Source of the DNA: an uncultured virus (IMG/VR IMGVR_UViG_3300026479_000007)
Lineage: Duplodnaviria; Heunggongvirae; Uroviricota; Caudoviricetes
Strand: one strand, 5' to 3'
IMG/VR virus record: IMGVR_UViG_3300026479_000007
Coordinates: 1-64,000 of that record
DNA: 64,000 nt
Shown: positions 26,919 to 37,903 of the stretch, piece by piece
Position numbering within the stretch: position 1 is the first letter of the stretch
How the letters are laid out: each line of letters opens with the position of its first letter
Position numbers and translations under genes: made by a program
Notes under the pieces: model-generated
What the model was told of the DNA's origin: nothing
Seen by the model: only the letters and a program-made list of their open reading frames with translations
Database searches by the model: none

Positions 26919-28070
26919 CTACATTTCTAAATTAATCTCAAAAGTAACTGCATTTACATAAGTTTTCAAAACAGGTTCACTCATTTTCGCTACTGCAATT
27001 AATTCTCCAAATGCATTATATAAACCGACTTCAGTTATATATATATCATCATAATTAACTATTGGAGTTGCACTATTTAATTGAGATATAGCTTTTTCTT
27101 TATCCCAAGTTGGGTTATTTGATATAAAAAACTCTTGAGGCATAGCTATACAAACAGAAGTCATCTTAAAAGAAGTGTCTACATCTTGATAAGAAAGTAT
27201 AGCTCCTTCTAAAGAATTATTAGAAAGACTATTACCAGTGAAATAAATATTTGTTTTATCATCAACATCAATACCAGTATAAGGTGAACCACTTTCTGTA
27301 AAACCTGAACTCCAAGGAATGTTGTTTACAATTTGAGGATGAGTTATAACAACGTAACCTTTATCTAATACTGCAAACCCACATGGTACATCGTAATTAT
27401 AACCATCTCTACCATCTGGATAACCAGCAGTAACTGAAACTGCATAATTACCATTTGTTCTTTGGTCAGTATTATAAAAATCTTTTACTTCTGAATAAGA
27501 AGTTGCACCTGGTCTATCTTTATATTCTCCAGTTGGATTCCAAGAAGTAGAAGAAGAATTATCTATAGCATCTCCCAATTCATTTCTAGTTTTACCTGAA
27601 TAAGGTTTATTTATATCATCTGAAAATAAAAATACAATATTATCCCCTAATAAAACATTAGATTCTCTCTTTAAAGGTTTTGTAGCTGTGTATGTACTTG
27701 AATACAAAGTGACACCAGAAAGCTCACCAGGAGTAGTACTACCTGTAACTGGAACTGTCATTTCAATTGTTCTACCATCTATAAATTCACTATAACTATC
27801 TGCAGGTATAGGAACAATTACTGCTTGGTCTACATTTAATTGCTGTAATTCAGGAAATACTTCTGAAACTCTACTTGTTGTAGGAAACTTACTTTCTTTA
27901 TAAGGCAAATTGAATGATGTAAAATAATTACCTTTATTATTTGTTAAGCTTGTTCTATCGCAAAGAGTAAATTTTAAATTTTCTTCAAAGACACTTTTGA
28001 TTCTTGAACTTTCTCTTTGTAAAGCCACATATGAATCTACCTTTTTTGTAAATCTTGAATCTGCAATCAT
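26919..28070 (-). CDS. Virion structural protein (baseplate/tail-collar-like C-terminus)
   Basis: YITEVGLYN..GELIAVAK..P..K motif. Confidence 0.65.
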   Translation of the reverse strand: MIADSRFTKKVDSYVALQRESSRIKSVFEENLKFTLCDRTSLTNNKGNYFTSFNLPYKESKFPTTSRVSEVFPELQQLNVDQAVIVPIPADSYSEFIDGRTIEMTVPVTGSTTPGELSGVTLYSSTYTATKPLKRESNVLLGDNIVFLFSDDINKPYSGKTRNELGDAIDNSSSTSWNPTGEYKDRPGATSYSEVKDFYNTDQRTNGNYAVSVTAGYPDGRDGYNYDVPCGFAVLDKGYVVITHPQIVNNIPWSSGFTESGSPYTGIDVDDKTNIYFTGNSLSNNSLEGAILSYQDVDTSFKMTSVCIAMPQEFFISNNPTWDKEKAISQLNSATPIVNYDDIYITEVGLYNAFGELIAVAKMSEPVLKTYVNAVTFEINLEM

Positions 28071-28095
28071 TTTATTTTTTTATTTATTTGTTTGT

Positions 28096-28521
28096 TTATC
28101 TAGTTAAAATATTATCAGCAGCACCAATAGATTGAGGTGCTATTATTTTTCTTGTATATTTAAATTCTAATTTAAATTCACCAATATCACCAGCACCTAC
28201 TAAATCATTAGATGGATTTCCGTAAAACTGAAAATCTATTGTTTTACTTCTTGTTGAACCAGTAGGACTCAATACTTGTCTGCCTTCTTTAGTTGTATCT
28301 ACCCACTTTATAAGTGCTTGCCTTAACCCTTCATCAAATTGGTCCATTACTTGCCAATCATTATAAGAAATTTCCATATTTCCTTCATCAATAACATCTT
28401 GTAAAGGAGTTTTGCTTTGTGTTGAAGTTGTTGCAACTTGTGGACCTAACCTTCTAGTTAAAGGTGTTTTAACAAAGTCTGTTGCGGTTTTTCTTGCTGG
28501 GCTTATATTATTTTTGTTCAT
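28096..28521 (-). CDS. Hypothetical protein, probably structural
   Basis: Lies within the structural operon. Confidence 0.5.
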   Translation of the reverse strand: MNKNNISPARKTATDFVKTPLTRRLGPQVATTSTQSKTPLQDVIDEGNMEISYNDWQVMDQFDEGLRQALIKWVDTTKEGRQVLSPTGSTRSKTIDFQFYGNPSNDLVGAGDIGEFKLEFKYTRKIIAPQSIGAADNILTR

Positions 28522-28531
28522 AATTTATTAT

Positions 28532-29221
28532 TTATAATTTTGTTCCAAAACTTTGAGGAGTTTTGATAGAAGAAGCTTTTTGAAAAGCTTTTTTAGTTGT
28601 TTTAAGGATGTTTGATTTTTCAAATTGAATTGTACAAACATTATTGTCATCTTCTATTGTAGGATATAGTATTCTTATTCTATAACCTGGTGTAGTTTCT
28701 GTAGCTTCTTTCAAATTAATAATCAATTCATTGTCTTTAACTTGATTTTCTCCAAAATTCTTTGGAAGTAATTCATAAGTAGATTCTAGAGTAGGCTCTT
28801 CATCTAAAAGAGTTAATAATTCTTGAGTGAATACTGTTGGTATCTTACTTAAATCTTTATTTAAATCAACTGTAATATCTCCTTGACTAGTTGTATATTC
28901 TAAACTTTCATCTCCATCTCCTAAAACAGATTCATTTGGAGAAATTAAATATTTTAAAGCTCTTCCTTTTGCTCCAGTTATATTTCCTTCATTTTCTCCT
29001 GATAAATCTGGCACTTGTCCTGATTCTAAATTATAAGGAATTTTATAATTTACGTCAGCATCTCCCAAAGAGAATCTTTCTATTTTTAATCTATCTATTT
29101 TTGTACCATCTGAAAGTTCGACAAACCTAGGATGATTGTTATCTTGAAATAAATATTGCCTTCCTATCTCTGTTAAATAAGCTGTGGCGTAAACTGTATC
29201 TGCTGATGCTATTGCTCCCAT
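28532..29221 (-). CDS. Virion structural protein
   Basis: AYLTEIGRQYL...FSLGDADVNY N-terminus paralogous to the next gene. Confidence 0.6.
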   Translation of the reverse strand: MGAIASADTVYATAYLTEIGRQYLFQDNNHPRFVELSDGTKIDRLKIERFSLGDADVNYKIPYNLESGQVPDLSGENEGNITGAKGRALKYLISPNESVLGDGDESLEYTTSQGDITVDLNKDLSKIPTVFTQELLTLLDEEPTLESTYELLPKNFGENQVKDNELIINLKEATETTPGYRIRILYPTIEDDNNVCTIQFEKSNILKTTKKAFQKASSIKTPQSFGTKL

Positions 29222-29241
29222 ATATTTTTATTTTATTTTTT

Positions 29242-31302
29242 TTAAAAGTCTATTTGTAATTGAAATGTTAAAAATCTTCCTTCATTTTTTTTGATTGGAT
29301 ATGTAGGTTTTCCTACAGCTACTAAATTACCTTCTCCATCTAATATTCCAACTTCTGTTATGTATGTATCACTATCTAAAGTATCATCAAAAGAACCATT
29401 TATAGAACTATTGAAAGAATCGTTTTTTGCAAAAGTAGTAATAACTGTTTTGTAAGTAGTTGCCATTATGTCTGATTTTAAATTACCAAACAAAAAGGAT
29501 TCATCTCCAAATGTGAGACCAGTTGTAGAGTGGTCAGAATTATCAGTGAAAATATTATCTAAAACATAAGTTGTACCACTATCATAATCTTCTTGAGAAA
29601 TAATAAATTGAAATGCGTTTAAATCTCTAGCATCTATTGTATTATCAGAAGTGCTACCTGTATAAATACCATTACCAACTCCATTTGAAATAAGTTTCCA
29701 ACTATTCGAATTCACATCTTCAATAGTTGCTACCGCATTTGGGTCATCTACTTCTGCCACTAAAAGTTGTACTTTATTAGCATTCCATCCAGTACCTGAA
29801 TAAGAAGAAGAAGATAACATATCTTGACTATTTCTAAGATAAGGAAAAGTGTTTGTTGGAAAAGTAGCAGATAAATATTGATAATTACCTGAATCATCAA
29901 CTTGTCCATTTAATTTTTGAATATATCCACAATGTAATGATTTTGGATATCCAAAAGTAGTGTCTGGGGAAGTTGCTGAAAATGTTGATTCACTCTCCGT
30001 TAAATAAGTTACAAAATAAGTTTTTCCAGATTTAACTAAACCAGTAGCTTGAGAAGTAGTTAAGGGATATTTAGGAACTCCTATAGTTGAAATATTCAAT
30101 GGAGGTATTGTGTAATTTCTATTAGACTTATAAGTTAATGAATTAAGTAACTCTGGGTCTGTTATGACTGCTATTTTTAATTTGTGATAAACTCTACCAA
30201 CCACATTAGATGAACTAGTTACTCCATCCTTTAAATTTCTATAAGTTGTATTGCTAAAATCATCAATTTCAGTATCTCCATCTATATCATATAAAGTAAG
30301 ACCATAAGAAAGAGTTTTTCCATTATCTCCTGATATATTATGCCACATAACATTAGGCAAATCAATTCTAACTGTTTTCTCTAAAAGTTGTTCAGCATAA
30401 GTATTACCTGTAAATTCATTTGTGTAATGTAAAATACCAACAGCTTGAGTATCTCCTGTAAAACCAAGATATTGTTTAGTTCCATTATATTCTATAGAAC
30501 CATAAGAAGTATAACCGCTAACAACATTTAAAGGTCTACCAACAACTGATTGAGTCCTTACTATATTCATATTCCATAAAGAAGGGTTTACAGTTGTTCC
30601 AGTTCCGTAATAATTTTCTCCTCCATTAAATGGATAAAAGTATGCATTAATTATTTGTGAAGTAGAAACCACCCCCCCAAAATCTGGTATTGGTCTATCT
30701 AAACTAATGTCAGTACTTCCATTTGTACTAGTCACTCTATACCATAAACCAACTGTTGGATTAACTGTATCTATTATATTACCAGAATATGTTTTACCAC
30801 TATTTTGTATTGGCTCCCAAGGAATATAAACCAAATCTCCTGCATTCGGATAATAATCACTAGGTGACAGATTATCTAAAGTAACTGTATAACCTCCATC
30901 AATTGGAGAGGTTGCATAAGTTATAGTGTTTGACCCCAACAACTTAGAAGTGTCTACAGCTGTAGTTGCAGTTAAACTTGTCGTTCCAGTAAAAAAACCA
31001 TAACTTTCAGTAGCTCCTGTTGAAAATTGTTTAGATGAAACTAATTGATTTCCCTCTAAAGTTATAGGCTGTGAACCATCAAAATTAGTTGAAATAATAG
31101 GATTATCATCTAAAGGAGATAAGATTCTATTATTAGAAATGTCATATCTCATAGGATTTCCTCTATCAATAGAATAATCAACTTCTCTATCAGATAAAAC
31201 AGCACTAACAAAAGTTAAGTTACCCAAAGACAATTGTCTTCTCCCAACATCAGTTAATTTGACGTTTATAAAAGTTTTAGGTTCATTTAAAATATATCCC
31301 AT
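29242..31302 (-). CDS. Virion structural (baseplate/tail-collar-like) protein
   Basis: KLTDVGRRQL N-terminus; YITEVGILD..GNLVAVGK...PIKK C-terminus. Confidence 0.65.
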   Translation of the reverse strand: MGYILNEPKTFINVKLTDVGRRQLSLGNLTFVSAVLSDREVDYSIDRGNPMRYDISNNRILSPLDDNPIISTNFDGSQPITLEGNQLVSSKQFSTGATESYGFFTGTTSLTATTAVDTSKLLGSNTITYATSPIDGGYTVTLDNLSPSDYYPNAGDLVYIPWEPIQNSGKTYSGNIIDTVNPTVGLWYRVTSTNGSTDISLDRPIPDFGGVVSTSQIINAYFYPFNGGENYYGTGTTVNPSLWNMNIVRTQSVVGRPLNVVSGYTSYGSIEYNGTKQYLGFTGDTQAVGILHYTNEFTGNTYAEQLLEKTVRIDLPNVMWHNISGDNGKTLSYGLTLYDIDGDTEIDDFSNTTYRNLKDGVTSSSNVVGRVYHKLKIAVITDPELLNSLTYKSNRNYTIPPLNISTIGVPKYPLTTSQATGLVKSGKTYFVTYLTESESTFSATSPDTTFGYPKSLHCGYIQKLNGQVDDSGNYQYLSATFPTNTFPYLRNSQDMLSSSSYSGTGWNANKVQLLVAEVDDPNAVATIEDVNSNSWKLISNGVGNGIYTGSTSDNTIDARDLNAFQFIISQEDYDSGTTYVLDNIFTDNSDHSTTGLTFGDESFLFGNLKSDIMATTYKTVITTFAKNDSFNSSINGSFDDTLDSDTYITEVGILDGEGNLVAVGKPTYPIKKNEGRFLTFQLQIDF

Positions 31303-31485
31303 TTTCTATTTACTCTTTTTAGGAATTTTTTATAATATAACTTTAAAAGTTTTAAAGTAAACTTTTATTTGTTTACTTTAAAAAAATATTTCTTTCCTAT
31401 AGAAATAAATATAGTATTAAAAAAAAATAAAATTTATTTATATAAGTTTTTTTATAACTAAATATTTATCATTAAAGTATTTTAA

Positions 31486-34050
31486 ATGACATCAATAGAT
31501 AGCGGAACAACTTTAGACATCAGACCTACGCCAGGTAGAGATACGAGATTTGCAGCAACAGGCTCTGAATCTACTTTTACTTTTGGTACTTTTAGATTAG
31601 AAAATAATACAGTAAATCCTTTTATAGATAATATTAGTGGGTCTACTCTTTCTTATGGTTCTTATGCAACTTTAGAAAATACAAAAACAGCTGATTTTGA
31701 TATTATTAAAGTAATAACAACAAAATCAAATGAATTAAATTTAAAGCCAGAGGACGCTACAAGTTATGCTTATTTCGGTTCTTTTTATACTAAAGTAGCT
31801 AATGCAATAAATAATATAATAGACACGTTCCCTTATGCTTTTCTTTCAAAATCTATTAATAGTGGAGTGACTATTTATGATTATTCTCATGATGTTATAC
31901 AAAATACTTCAACATTTAAAATAGCTTTTTCATCAATAACTAATCAAGGTGACATTTTATATGTTTCTGGTAGGTCTGAACAATCAGAATCACAAATAGA
32001 TTTATTTAATGAAACTAGTTCTTTTGCTATACAGTTAAGTGGAGATTCTCAAAATCTTGGTACTGGTAATACATTTATGAACGAAATTCATAAAATAACT
32101 TCTTATAGTTATTCTTTGAATCAATATTTGCAATTTACAATAGATGGTATTTTATTACCTCAAGAGTCTGTTAGTTTAAGTAGTTTTAATTATCCTTTAT
32201 ATATAAGACCTACTAGAGAAAGAGTGGGTCAATTTAAAAGAACTTTACCAAATCTGGAGAGGCAAATTATTTATGATGGTACTTTTTTAGTTCCGAATAG
32301 CGAAATAGGCACTTATGAAAGAAAAATATTTGAATGGCCAAAGACGATTGATGGTTTTGCTCCTGATAGTTATGGAAACTCTTTTGATTCTTATGTAGAA
32401 AATATATTAGAAGTTGCAAGATATATAGATGAAGAGAAAACTAACATAATGCTAAGAACTATGCTTCCTGAGAATTTTATAGATTTAGATTCTCAAGATA
32501 AAGCCTATAGAAAATTAACAACTGTATATGCTGAGCAATTTGATTCAATTAAACAATATATAGACGGTATTGCTTATGCTCATTCTGTTAGCTATGATGG
32601 TTCTGAAAGTGTACCAAATAAATTTTTAGTACGACTAGCTAATATGTTAGGGGCTAAATTGCCGAATGCCTTTAATTCAGAAAATGTAATAGATTATCTA
32701 GCAGGAGAATTTGATTCATCTAATAAATCATTCGAAGAATATAACTTAGAATTGTGGAGAAGAATTATGGTAAACATAGTTTGGCTCTATAAAAAAAGAG
32801 GTACTAGAGATGCTATAAGTTTTATTTTTAAATTAATAGGTGCGCCTAAATGTCTTTTTAATTTAGAAGAATTTGTTTATGATGTTAAAAAGGTAACAAG
32901 AAGTCTTGATTTAAATATAGGAGAAACTGATGTATTTGACCCAAATACTTTTACTATAGAAAATAGTAATGAACCAGAATCTTTTATACCAGCTAACCTT
33001 TTTGATGAAATTAGTTCAAGAGATTTAAATGATGCTCTTGCATTTGATGAAAATGGTAATATCATAAATAATGATGGTTATCCAGATGTAAATTCTCAAA
33101 TTTTTCAAATTGGAGGTCTAGGTAGAGGTAATGGTCAAAGCTTTATAGATGGGTTAGGTACAGAGTATGACCCTTTAAAAAGAGTTGATAACTTAAAGAC
33201 TAAAACAGGAAATACTAGAAGTATTGTAAATTCCAAAGAAATAAATGTAGACTTAAGACCATCTAGAGCTATCGAGTGTGATGTTATGGATTGGTATGAG
33301 TTAGGGTATGGTTGGTGGAATTGGGGTTCAACTTCTTATTATTTCTCAGGATTAACTGTACCTTTTGATTGGCAAGTTGAAGATGTAAATACTATTGTTC
33401 CAAATAATATGTCAGGAATAACCATATATGAATGGTTAGATTATATTTACAAAAACAATGTAGACCCAAGAAATAGAAAAACAAAAGATTGGCAAAATGG
33501 AACCACAGGTACCTATAAAGATTTGAAAAAAATATACATAACTTATATGTTATGGACTAATAATCAAAATTCAAATAGGTTAACATTTAAGAAGTTAGAT
33601 AAATTTTTAAGTTTATTAGAAAGAAACTTTCAAGATTTAGTACCTTTTTTAGTTCCTTCCACTAGCATAATATCGACATATGGAACAACATATGGAAATA
33701 CTGAATTTAATAGACATAGATTTATTTATAAACCAGGTATAAATGATGGTTCAGAGTTTAAAGTTGATTTACCTTTAGTTCTTGAGCCTACAGTGCAGAC
33801 TTCTGATTTTACTGTTAGTATTTCTAATAATTTTGACCCTTCTATAAATTCAAACAATTTTACAGCAAATATTTCAAATAAACCAGAGGTAAATATTGAC
33901 ATTTCTGATTTTAGAGTTACATTGTCTGAGAAGGTTAATCCAAGTACAAACTTAATTAATTCAAACACAAAAGTATATGAAGAAGAAATTAAACAAGTGC
34001 AATATCAACAAGTTGTTAGAAATTTAACTCCAATAATTTATCCAGATTAA
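31486..34050 (+). CDS. Baseplate wedge-like protein
   Basis: L..LANMLG...WLYKKRGT..AI.FIF..IG motif of the P2 gpI / T4 gp7 type. Confidence 0.6.
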   Translation: MTSIDSGTTLDIRPTPGRDTRFAATGSESTFTFGTFRLENNTVNPFIDNISGSTLSYGSYATLENTKTADFDIIKVITTKSNELNLKPEDATSYAYFGSFYTKVANAINNIIDTFPYAFLSKSINSGVTIYDYSHDVIQNTSTFKIAFSSITNQGDILYVSGRSEQSESQIDLFNETSSFAIQLSGDSQNLGTGNTFMNEIHKITSYSYSLNQYLQFTIDGILLPQESVSLSSFNYPLYIRPTRERVGQFKRTLPNLERQIIYDGTFLVPNSEIGTYERKIFEWPKTIDGFAPDSYGNSFDSYVENILEVARYIDEEKTNIMLRTMLPENFIDLDSQDKAYRKLTTVYAEQFDSIKQYIDGIAYAHSVSYDGSESVPNKFLVRLANMLGAKLPNAFNSENVIDYLAGEFDSSNKSFEEYNLELWRRIMVNIVWLYKKRGTRDAISFIFKLIGAPKCLFNLEEFVYDVKKVTRSLDLNIGETDVFDPNTFTIENSNEPESFIPANLFDEISSRDLNDALAFDENGNIINNDGYPDVNSQIFQIGGLGRGNGQSFIDGLGTEYDPLKRVDNLKTKTGNTRSIVNSKEINVDLRPSRAIECDVMDWYELGYGWWNWGSTSYYFSGLTVPFDWQVEDVNTIVPNNMSGITIYEWLDYIYKNNVDPRNRKTKDWQNGTTGTYKDLKKIYITYMLWTNNQNSNRLTFKKLDKFLSLLERNFQDLVPFLVPSTSIISTYGTTYGNTEFNRHRFIYKPGINDGSEFKVDLPLVLEPTVQTSDFTVSISNNFDPSINSNNFTANISNKPEVNIDISDFRVTLSEKVNPSTNLINSNTKVYEEEIKQVQYQQVVRNLTPIIYPD

Positions 34051-34051
34051 T

Positions 34052-35581
34052 ATGTCATTAAATAAACAAATAGTATCTAGAACAATTGGTGAAAATGATG
34101 GTATTTCTCAAGTTTTTATTCAAAATCATATACCTTATATTTATGAACCTATCTTAGAGCCAAAAACTTTCCCAGTACCACTTTTTAGTTTACAGGGTGC
34201 AACATTTGATTTTTACAATCAAGTCATAGATGGGATTTCAGTTAATATAAACAATCAAAAACAAATATTTTATACTTATACTGCAAACACATCATCATTT
34301 AGTGCTATTACGAAAACTATATATGATATTTATAAGTTAGATTTCCCTACATACAATACAGTTTTTAACAACTTTGATATAGAAGGAGATGAGATTTTAC
34401 CAGATTCTGCAACTACAATAGGAGCAACCGCAGAAACAATAACAACAGATACTATTTCTGAAATATTAGAAAACCCTTTAATTACACTATATGATACTGG
34501 TTCAACTGTAACTTTACCAAATTATACGTTAGATTTACCGTTTATAATAAAACCAGAAAATCAATTTGCACAACCACTCTTAGAAGATAAAGCTCAATAT
34601 TTCATAGATACAAGATATGAATTTCCTTTAGAAAGAGATAAGAGTTTGGGAGGATATCAAATTTTAAGTGGTGGAGTTGCAACAAATATAACCTTATCAG
34701 GTTTAAGTGACAGTGGAGACTTTTTAGTAGAAACAAGTAGGAACGCAGAAACAATAAATAAAGGAAAATTTTCTGGAATAACTTCACATGGTGCTCTTTT
34801 TACTTATTTTGTTGCTCCTCAAAAACCTAATATAGATGTTATAAGCGACCAACCTAGTGTTGTAGGTACTTTAGATACATTTTCTCCAATATTCAGTTTT
34901 AATAACGTTTCTGATGGAGATTATTATAGGTTACAAGTAACTTATGATGTTAATGATACAGCATTTACTGGTGGGACAATTTTTAGAATTCCAAAACAAG
35001 AAGGAGTACCTGATTTTATTAGAACTTATTCTACACCACTTTCTCCAGATACTTTCTTCTTATACAGAATAGGTAATACTAAAGAAATTACTAACATTTT
35101 TGGAGTAAAACAAAATGTTACCACTTGGGGAAGAAGTGAACAAGCTCTTACTGCTTCAGCTGGAATATTTAATATTTCTGGTGGAATTTATCAAGATTAT
35201 GCTCCTGGTGACCCTTCAGGATTAGTTGGAAGTCCGATTACTGGTGCTACTGTTATTTTTATTGTAGTTAGTGCTAACGCAGATGTAGAATTAGGAGTTG
35301 ATGCACCTTATGAAAATGTAATTGCAGATGAAATTAATCAAGCTCTTGGTGGTGGTGCTGGTACTTTATTTTCAGCAACAACAGATGTGAATGGCTCTTA
35401 TACAATTAATAATGTACAAGGTGGTAATTTAGCAGTAGTAATAACTCATCCTTATTATCAAACATATACTGGAACTTATATGAATAAAGCTACTGCATCA
35501 GGGGTAGATTATGCATTGAATTTATATTGGGGTAATACGGGTACTACATTTGGAAATGTTGGTAGTCAAATATTTATTTAA
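34052..35581 (+). CDS. Virion structural protein with C-terminal carboxypeptidase-regulatory-like beta domain
   Basis: ISG...PITGATV...TTDVNGSYTINNV..G...V...HP.Y. Confidence 0.55.
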   Translation: MSLNKQIVSRTIGENDGISQVFIQNHIPYIYEPILEPKTFPVPLFSLQGATFDFYNQVIDGISVNINNQKQIFYTYTANTSSFSAITKTIYDIYKLDFPTYNTVFNNFDIEGDEILPDSATTIGATAETITTDTISEILENPLITLYDTGSTVTLPNYTLDLPFIIKPENQFAQPLLEDKAQYFIDTRYEFPLERDKSLGGYQILSGGVATNITLSGLSDSGDFLVETSRNAETINKGKFSGITSHGALFTYFVAPQKPNIDVISDQPSVVGTLDTFSPIFSFNNVSDGDYYRLQVTYDVNDTAFTGGTIFRIPKQEGVPDFIRTYSTPLSPDTFFLYRIGNTKEITNIFGVKQNVTTWGRSEQALTASAGIFNISGGIYQDYAPGDPSGLVGSPITGATVIFIVVSANADVELGVDAPYENVIADEINQALGGGAGTLFSATTDVNGSYTINNVQGGNLAVVITHPYYQTYTGTYMNKATASGVDYALNLYWGNTGTTFGNVGSQIFI

Positions 35582-35591
35582 AATTTAAAAT

Positions 35592-36776
35592 ATGTCAAAT
35601 ATAATAAACACAGGAGATACATTAGAAGAAGGAAGACAAAAAATTAATAATATATATAATAATTTGTCTTTATGGACTGCTGGTACTGGTTCTTATTCTA
35701 TAGTAGCAAATAATTCCACTAATAATGAATCATTAGGAGAATATAGTGTTGTTGGTGGCGAAAACTCATTATCTAATGGTGATTATTCATTTATTTATGG
35801 TCAAAATTTAACTGGTAACAATTCAAGTTTTTTGATTGGTAAAAATAACAATTCAGTAAAAGACTATAATTCTTTATATGGACAAAATAATATTTCAACT
35901 AGTAAGTTGAGTGTAATTTATGGTTCAGGAAATACAGTTGGTTTAGGAGATACAGTTAATTATTCTGAAAATTTTTGTATAGGAGCAAATAATGTTATAA
36001 CTTCTTCAGGTGGTGTCATTTATTTACAAGGTTATAACTCTACTTCAAATTCAAGAGGTTCTAATATATTTGGTGGATTAAATAATGTAAATGATGGATT
36101 ATATTCATCTATTTTTTGTTCTCCATACTCATCCTTAAGTTCGTCTGCTAGTTATAGTGTAATTTTAGGTGGACAAAATATAAGTGCAAATTCTCCAAAA
36201 ACTGTATATGTACCATACTTAAACATTCAAACAGTTACTGGTAATTCTTCTAGTAGTGATGTTTTAGTTTATAATACAACTACTAAAAATGTAGAAAAAA
36301 CAAGTTTACCTGGCGATGGTATTGATAACTATAAAAATTGGCAACAAATAAATGGTCAACCTATTACTAGAAATCTTAATATAAACTCTTCTTATATAAT
36401 TAATGAATTATCATCTCCATCAGTTGCTTACACCTTAAGATTACCTACTACTGCTTCAATTGGAGATTCTGTAAGAATTTTGTCTTTTATGCCAAATACA
36501 AGTGGTGTTAAAATAAAAGTTATAGGAGCTTTAGATTTAATAGTTTTAGGTGGAGGAAAAGATGAATTGAATGATACATTAATAACAAGTAATACATATA
36601 CATATGGTAATACTAAGAATTTTCAATTATTTATTTATGAAACTGTTGAATTTACTTGTATTAATATTAGTTCAGGAATAAAATGGGTAATTTCAAATAT
36701 AACAACATTGCAAAATTTTCAAAAATATAATTCAACAACGGGTTTTGATGCTTTATTGAGTGATAGATTTATTTAA
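35592..36776 (+). CDS. Baseplate/tail-fibre protein, paralog 1
   Basis: GDT...GR.KIN N-terminus (T4 gp9/gp10 type), beta-roll repeats, LPTTASIGD domain. Confidence 0.65.
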   Translation: MSNIINTGDTLEEGRQKINNIYNNLSLWTAGTGSYSIVANNSTNNESLGEYSVVGGENSLSNGDYSFIYGQNLTGNNSSFLIGKNNNSVKDYNSLYGQNNISTSKLSVIYGSGNTVGLGDTVNYSENFCIGANNVITSSGGVIYLQGYNSTSNSRGSNIFGGLNNVNDGLYSSIFCSPYSSLSSSASYSVILGGQNISANSPKTVYVPYLNIQTVTGNSSSSDVLVYNTTTKNVEKTSLPGDGIDNYKNWQQINGQPITRNLNINSSYIINELSSPSVAYTLRLPTTASIGDSVRILSFMPNTSGVKIKVIGALDLIVLGGGKDELNDTLITSNTYTYGNTKNFQLFIYETVEFTCINISSGIKWVISNITTLQNFQKYNSTTGFDALLSDRFI

Positions 36777-36793
36777 AAAAAGATATAAAAATT

Positions 36794-37888
36794 ATGAGTT
36801 TTAATTACATATTAACAAGCGATACAACTTTTGAAGCTGTAGATAAAATAAATGAAAATTTTTCTGGGGATTCTAATATTTGGAGTTCTACTACTGGTAA
36901 CAATTCAATTATATCTATAAATGATACAAATAATATATCTTCAAATGACTATAGTTTTGCTGGAGGTCTAAAAAGCAAATCTAATGGATTATATTCTTTT
37001 GCTTATGGTAAAAATGTAAGTGCTGATGGAGATTATTCTTTTGCAACAGGAGAGAGTGGTAGTTCAATTGGAGATTTTTCTTTTACTTCTGGATTACAAA
37101 CAACTGCCATAGGAAACTATTCTTTTGCTTCTGGATATCAAACAACTGCTATTGGTGATTATTCTTTTGCTTCTGGATATCAAACAACTGCTATTGGTGA
37201 TTATTCTTTTGCTTCTGGATATCAGACAATTGCTTCTGGAAATTATTCTTTTGCAAGTGGTTATAATTCATCTGCTATTGGCGATTATTCTTTTGTTTAT
37301 TCAAAAAATTCATTAATAACAGGTGATAGAAGTGCTATTATTGGAGGTGAAAATATAACTGGGGGGAGTGATGATACTGTATATGTTCCTTCTGTTAAAA
37401 TAGATACAGTAGAAGACATTTCTTCTCCTCCAACAAAAGTTTTATCTATAGATTTAAATGGAAATGTCATAACGAAAGATTTGGTAATTCCTTCATCTTT
37501 TTTTGTTTGGAATCACATAACAGGACAAAATATTAATATAACCTTAAATAATGGATATGTTAGCAAGACAAATGGAACTTATCAAGTTGGTAATTATAAT
37601 ACTTTTACAATGCCTACTTCTAATTCTTCAGATTTTGGAAAAAAAATAAAATTAGTTAGTGATGAAAGTAGTGTTACTCGTTTATATTTTCCTCCTAATG
37701 TATATTTATCTTATTTTAATGATGTTCCAAAAAAAATTGATAATAAATCTTTATATTTATATGAATATGAATATATCGAATTAACTTTCTTTTATTATAA
37801 TTCATCAAATTATTTCTGGGTTATAAATAATTTTGTTAGTAATTTAAGAACTGAGCATTATGATTTTTTTAAATCTAGAATTCAATAA
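36794..37888 (+). CDS. Baseplate/tail-fibre protein, paralog 2, with YadA-head-like 14-aa repeats
   Basis: AIGDYSFASGYQTT repeats. Confidence 0.7.
   Translation: MSFNYILTSDTTFEAVDKINENFSGDSNIWSSTTGNNSIISINDTNNISSNDYSFAGGLKSKSNGLYSFAYGKNVSADGDYSFATGESGSSIGDFSFTSGLQTTAIGNYSFASGYQTTAIGDYSFASGYQTTAIGDYSFASGYQTIASGNYSFASGYNSSAIGDYSFVYSKNSLITGDRSAIIGGENITGGSDDTVYVPSVKIDTVEDISSPPTKVLSIDLNGNVITKDLVIPSSFFVWNHITGQNINITLNNGYVSKTNGTYQVGNYNTFTMPTSNSSDFGKKIKLVSDESSVTRLYFPPNVYLSYFNDVPKKIDNKSLYLYEYEYIELTFFYYNSSNYFWVINNFVSNLRTEHYDFFKSRIQ
37097..37264 (+). repeat. 42-bp coding tandem repeat, about 4 units
   Basis: CAAACAACTGCTATTGGTGATTATTCTTTTGCTTCTGGATAT at 37139 and 37181, variants at 37097 and 37223. Confidence 0.9.
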
Positions 37889-37903
37889 ACAAAATAAAAA
37901 AAT

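Noticed and set aside
37097..37264. CRISPR-like array
   Set aside because: Contiguous 42-bp in-frame coding repeats without unique spacers; no cas genes
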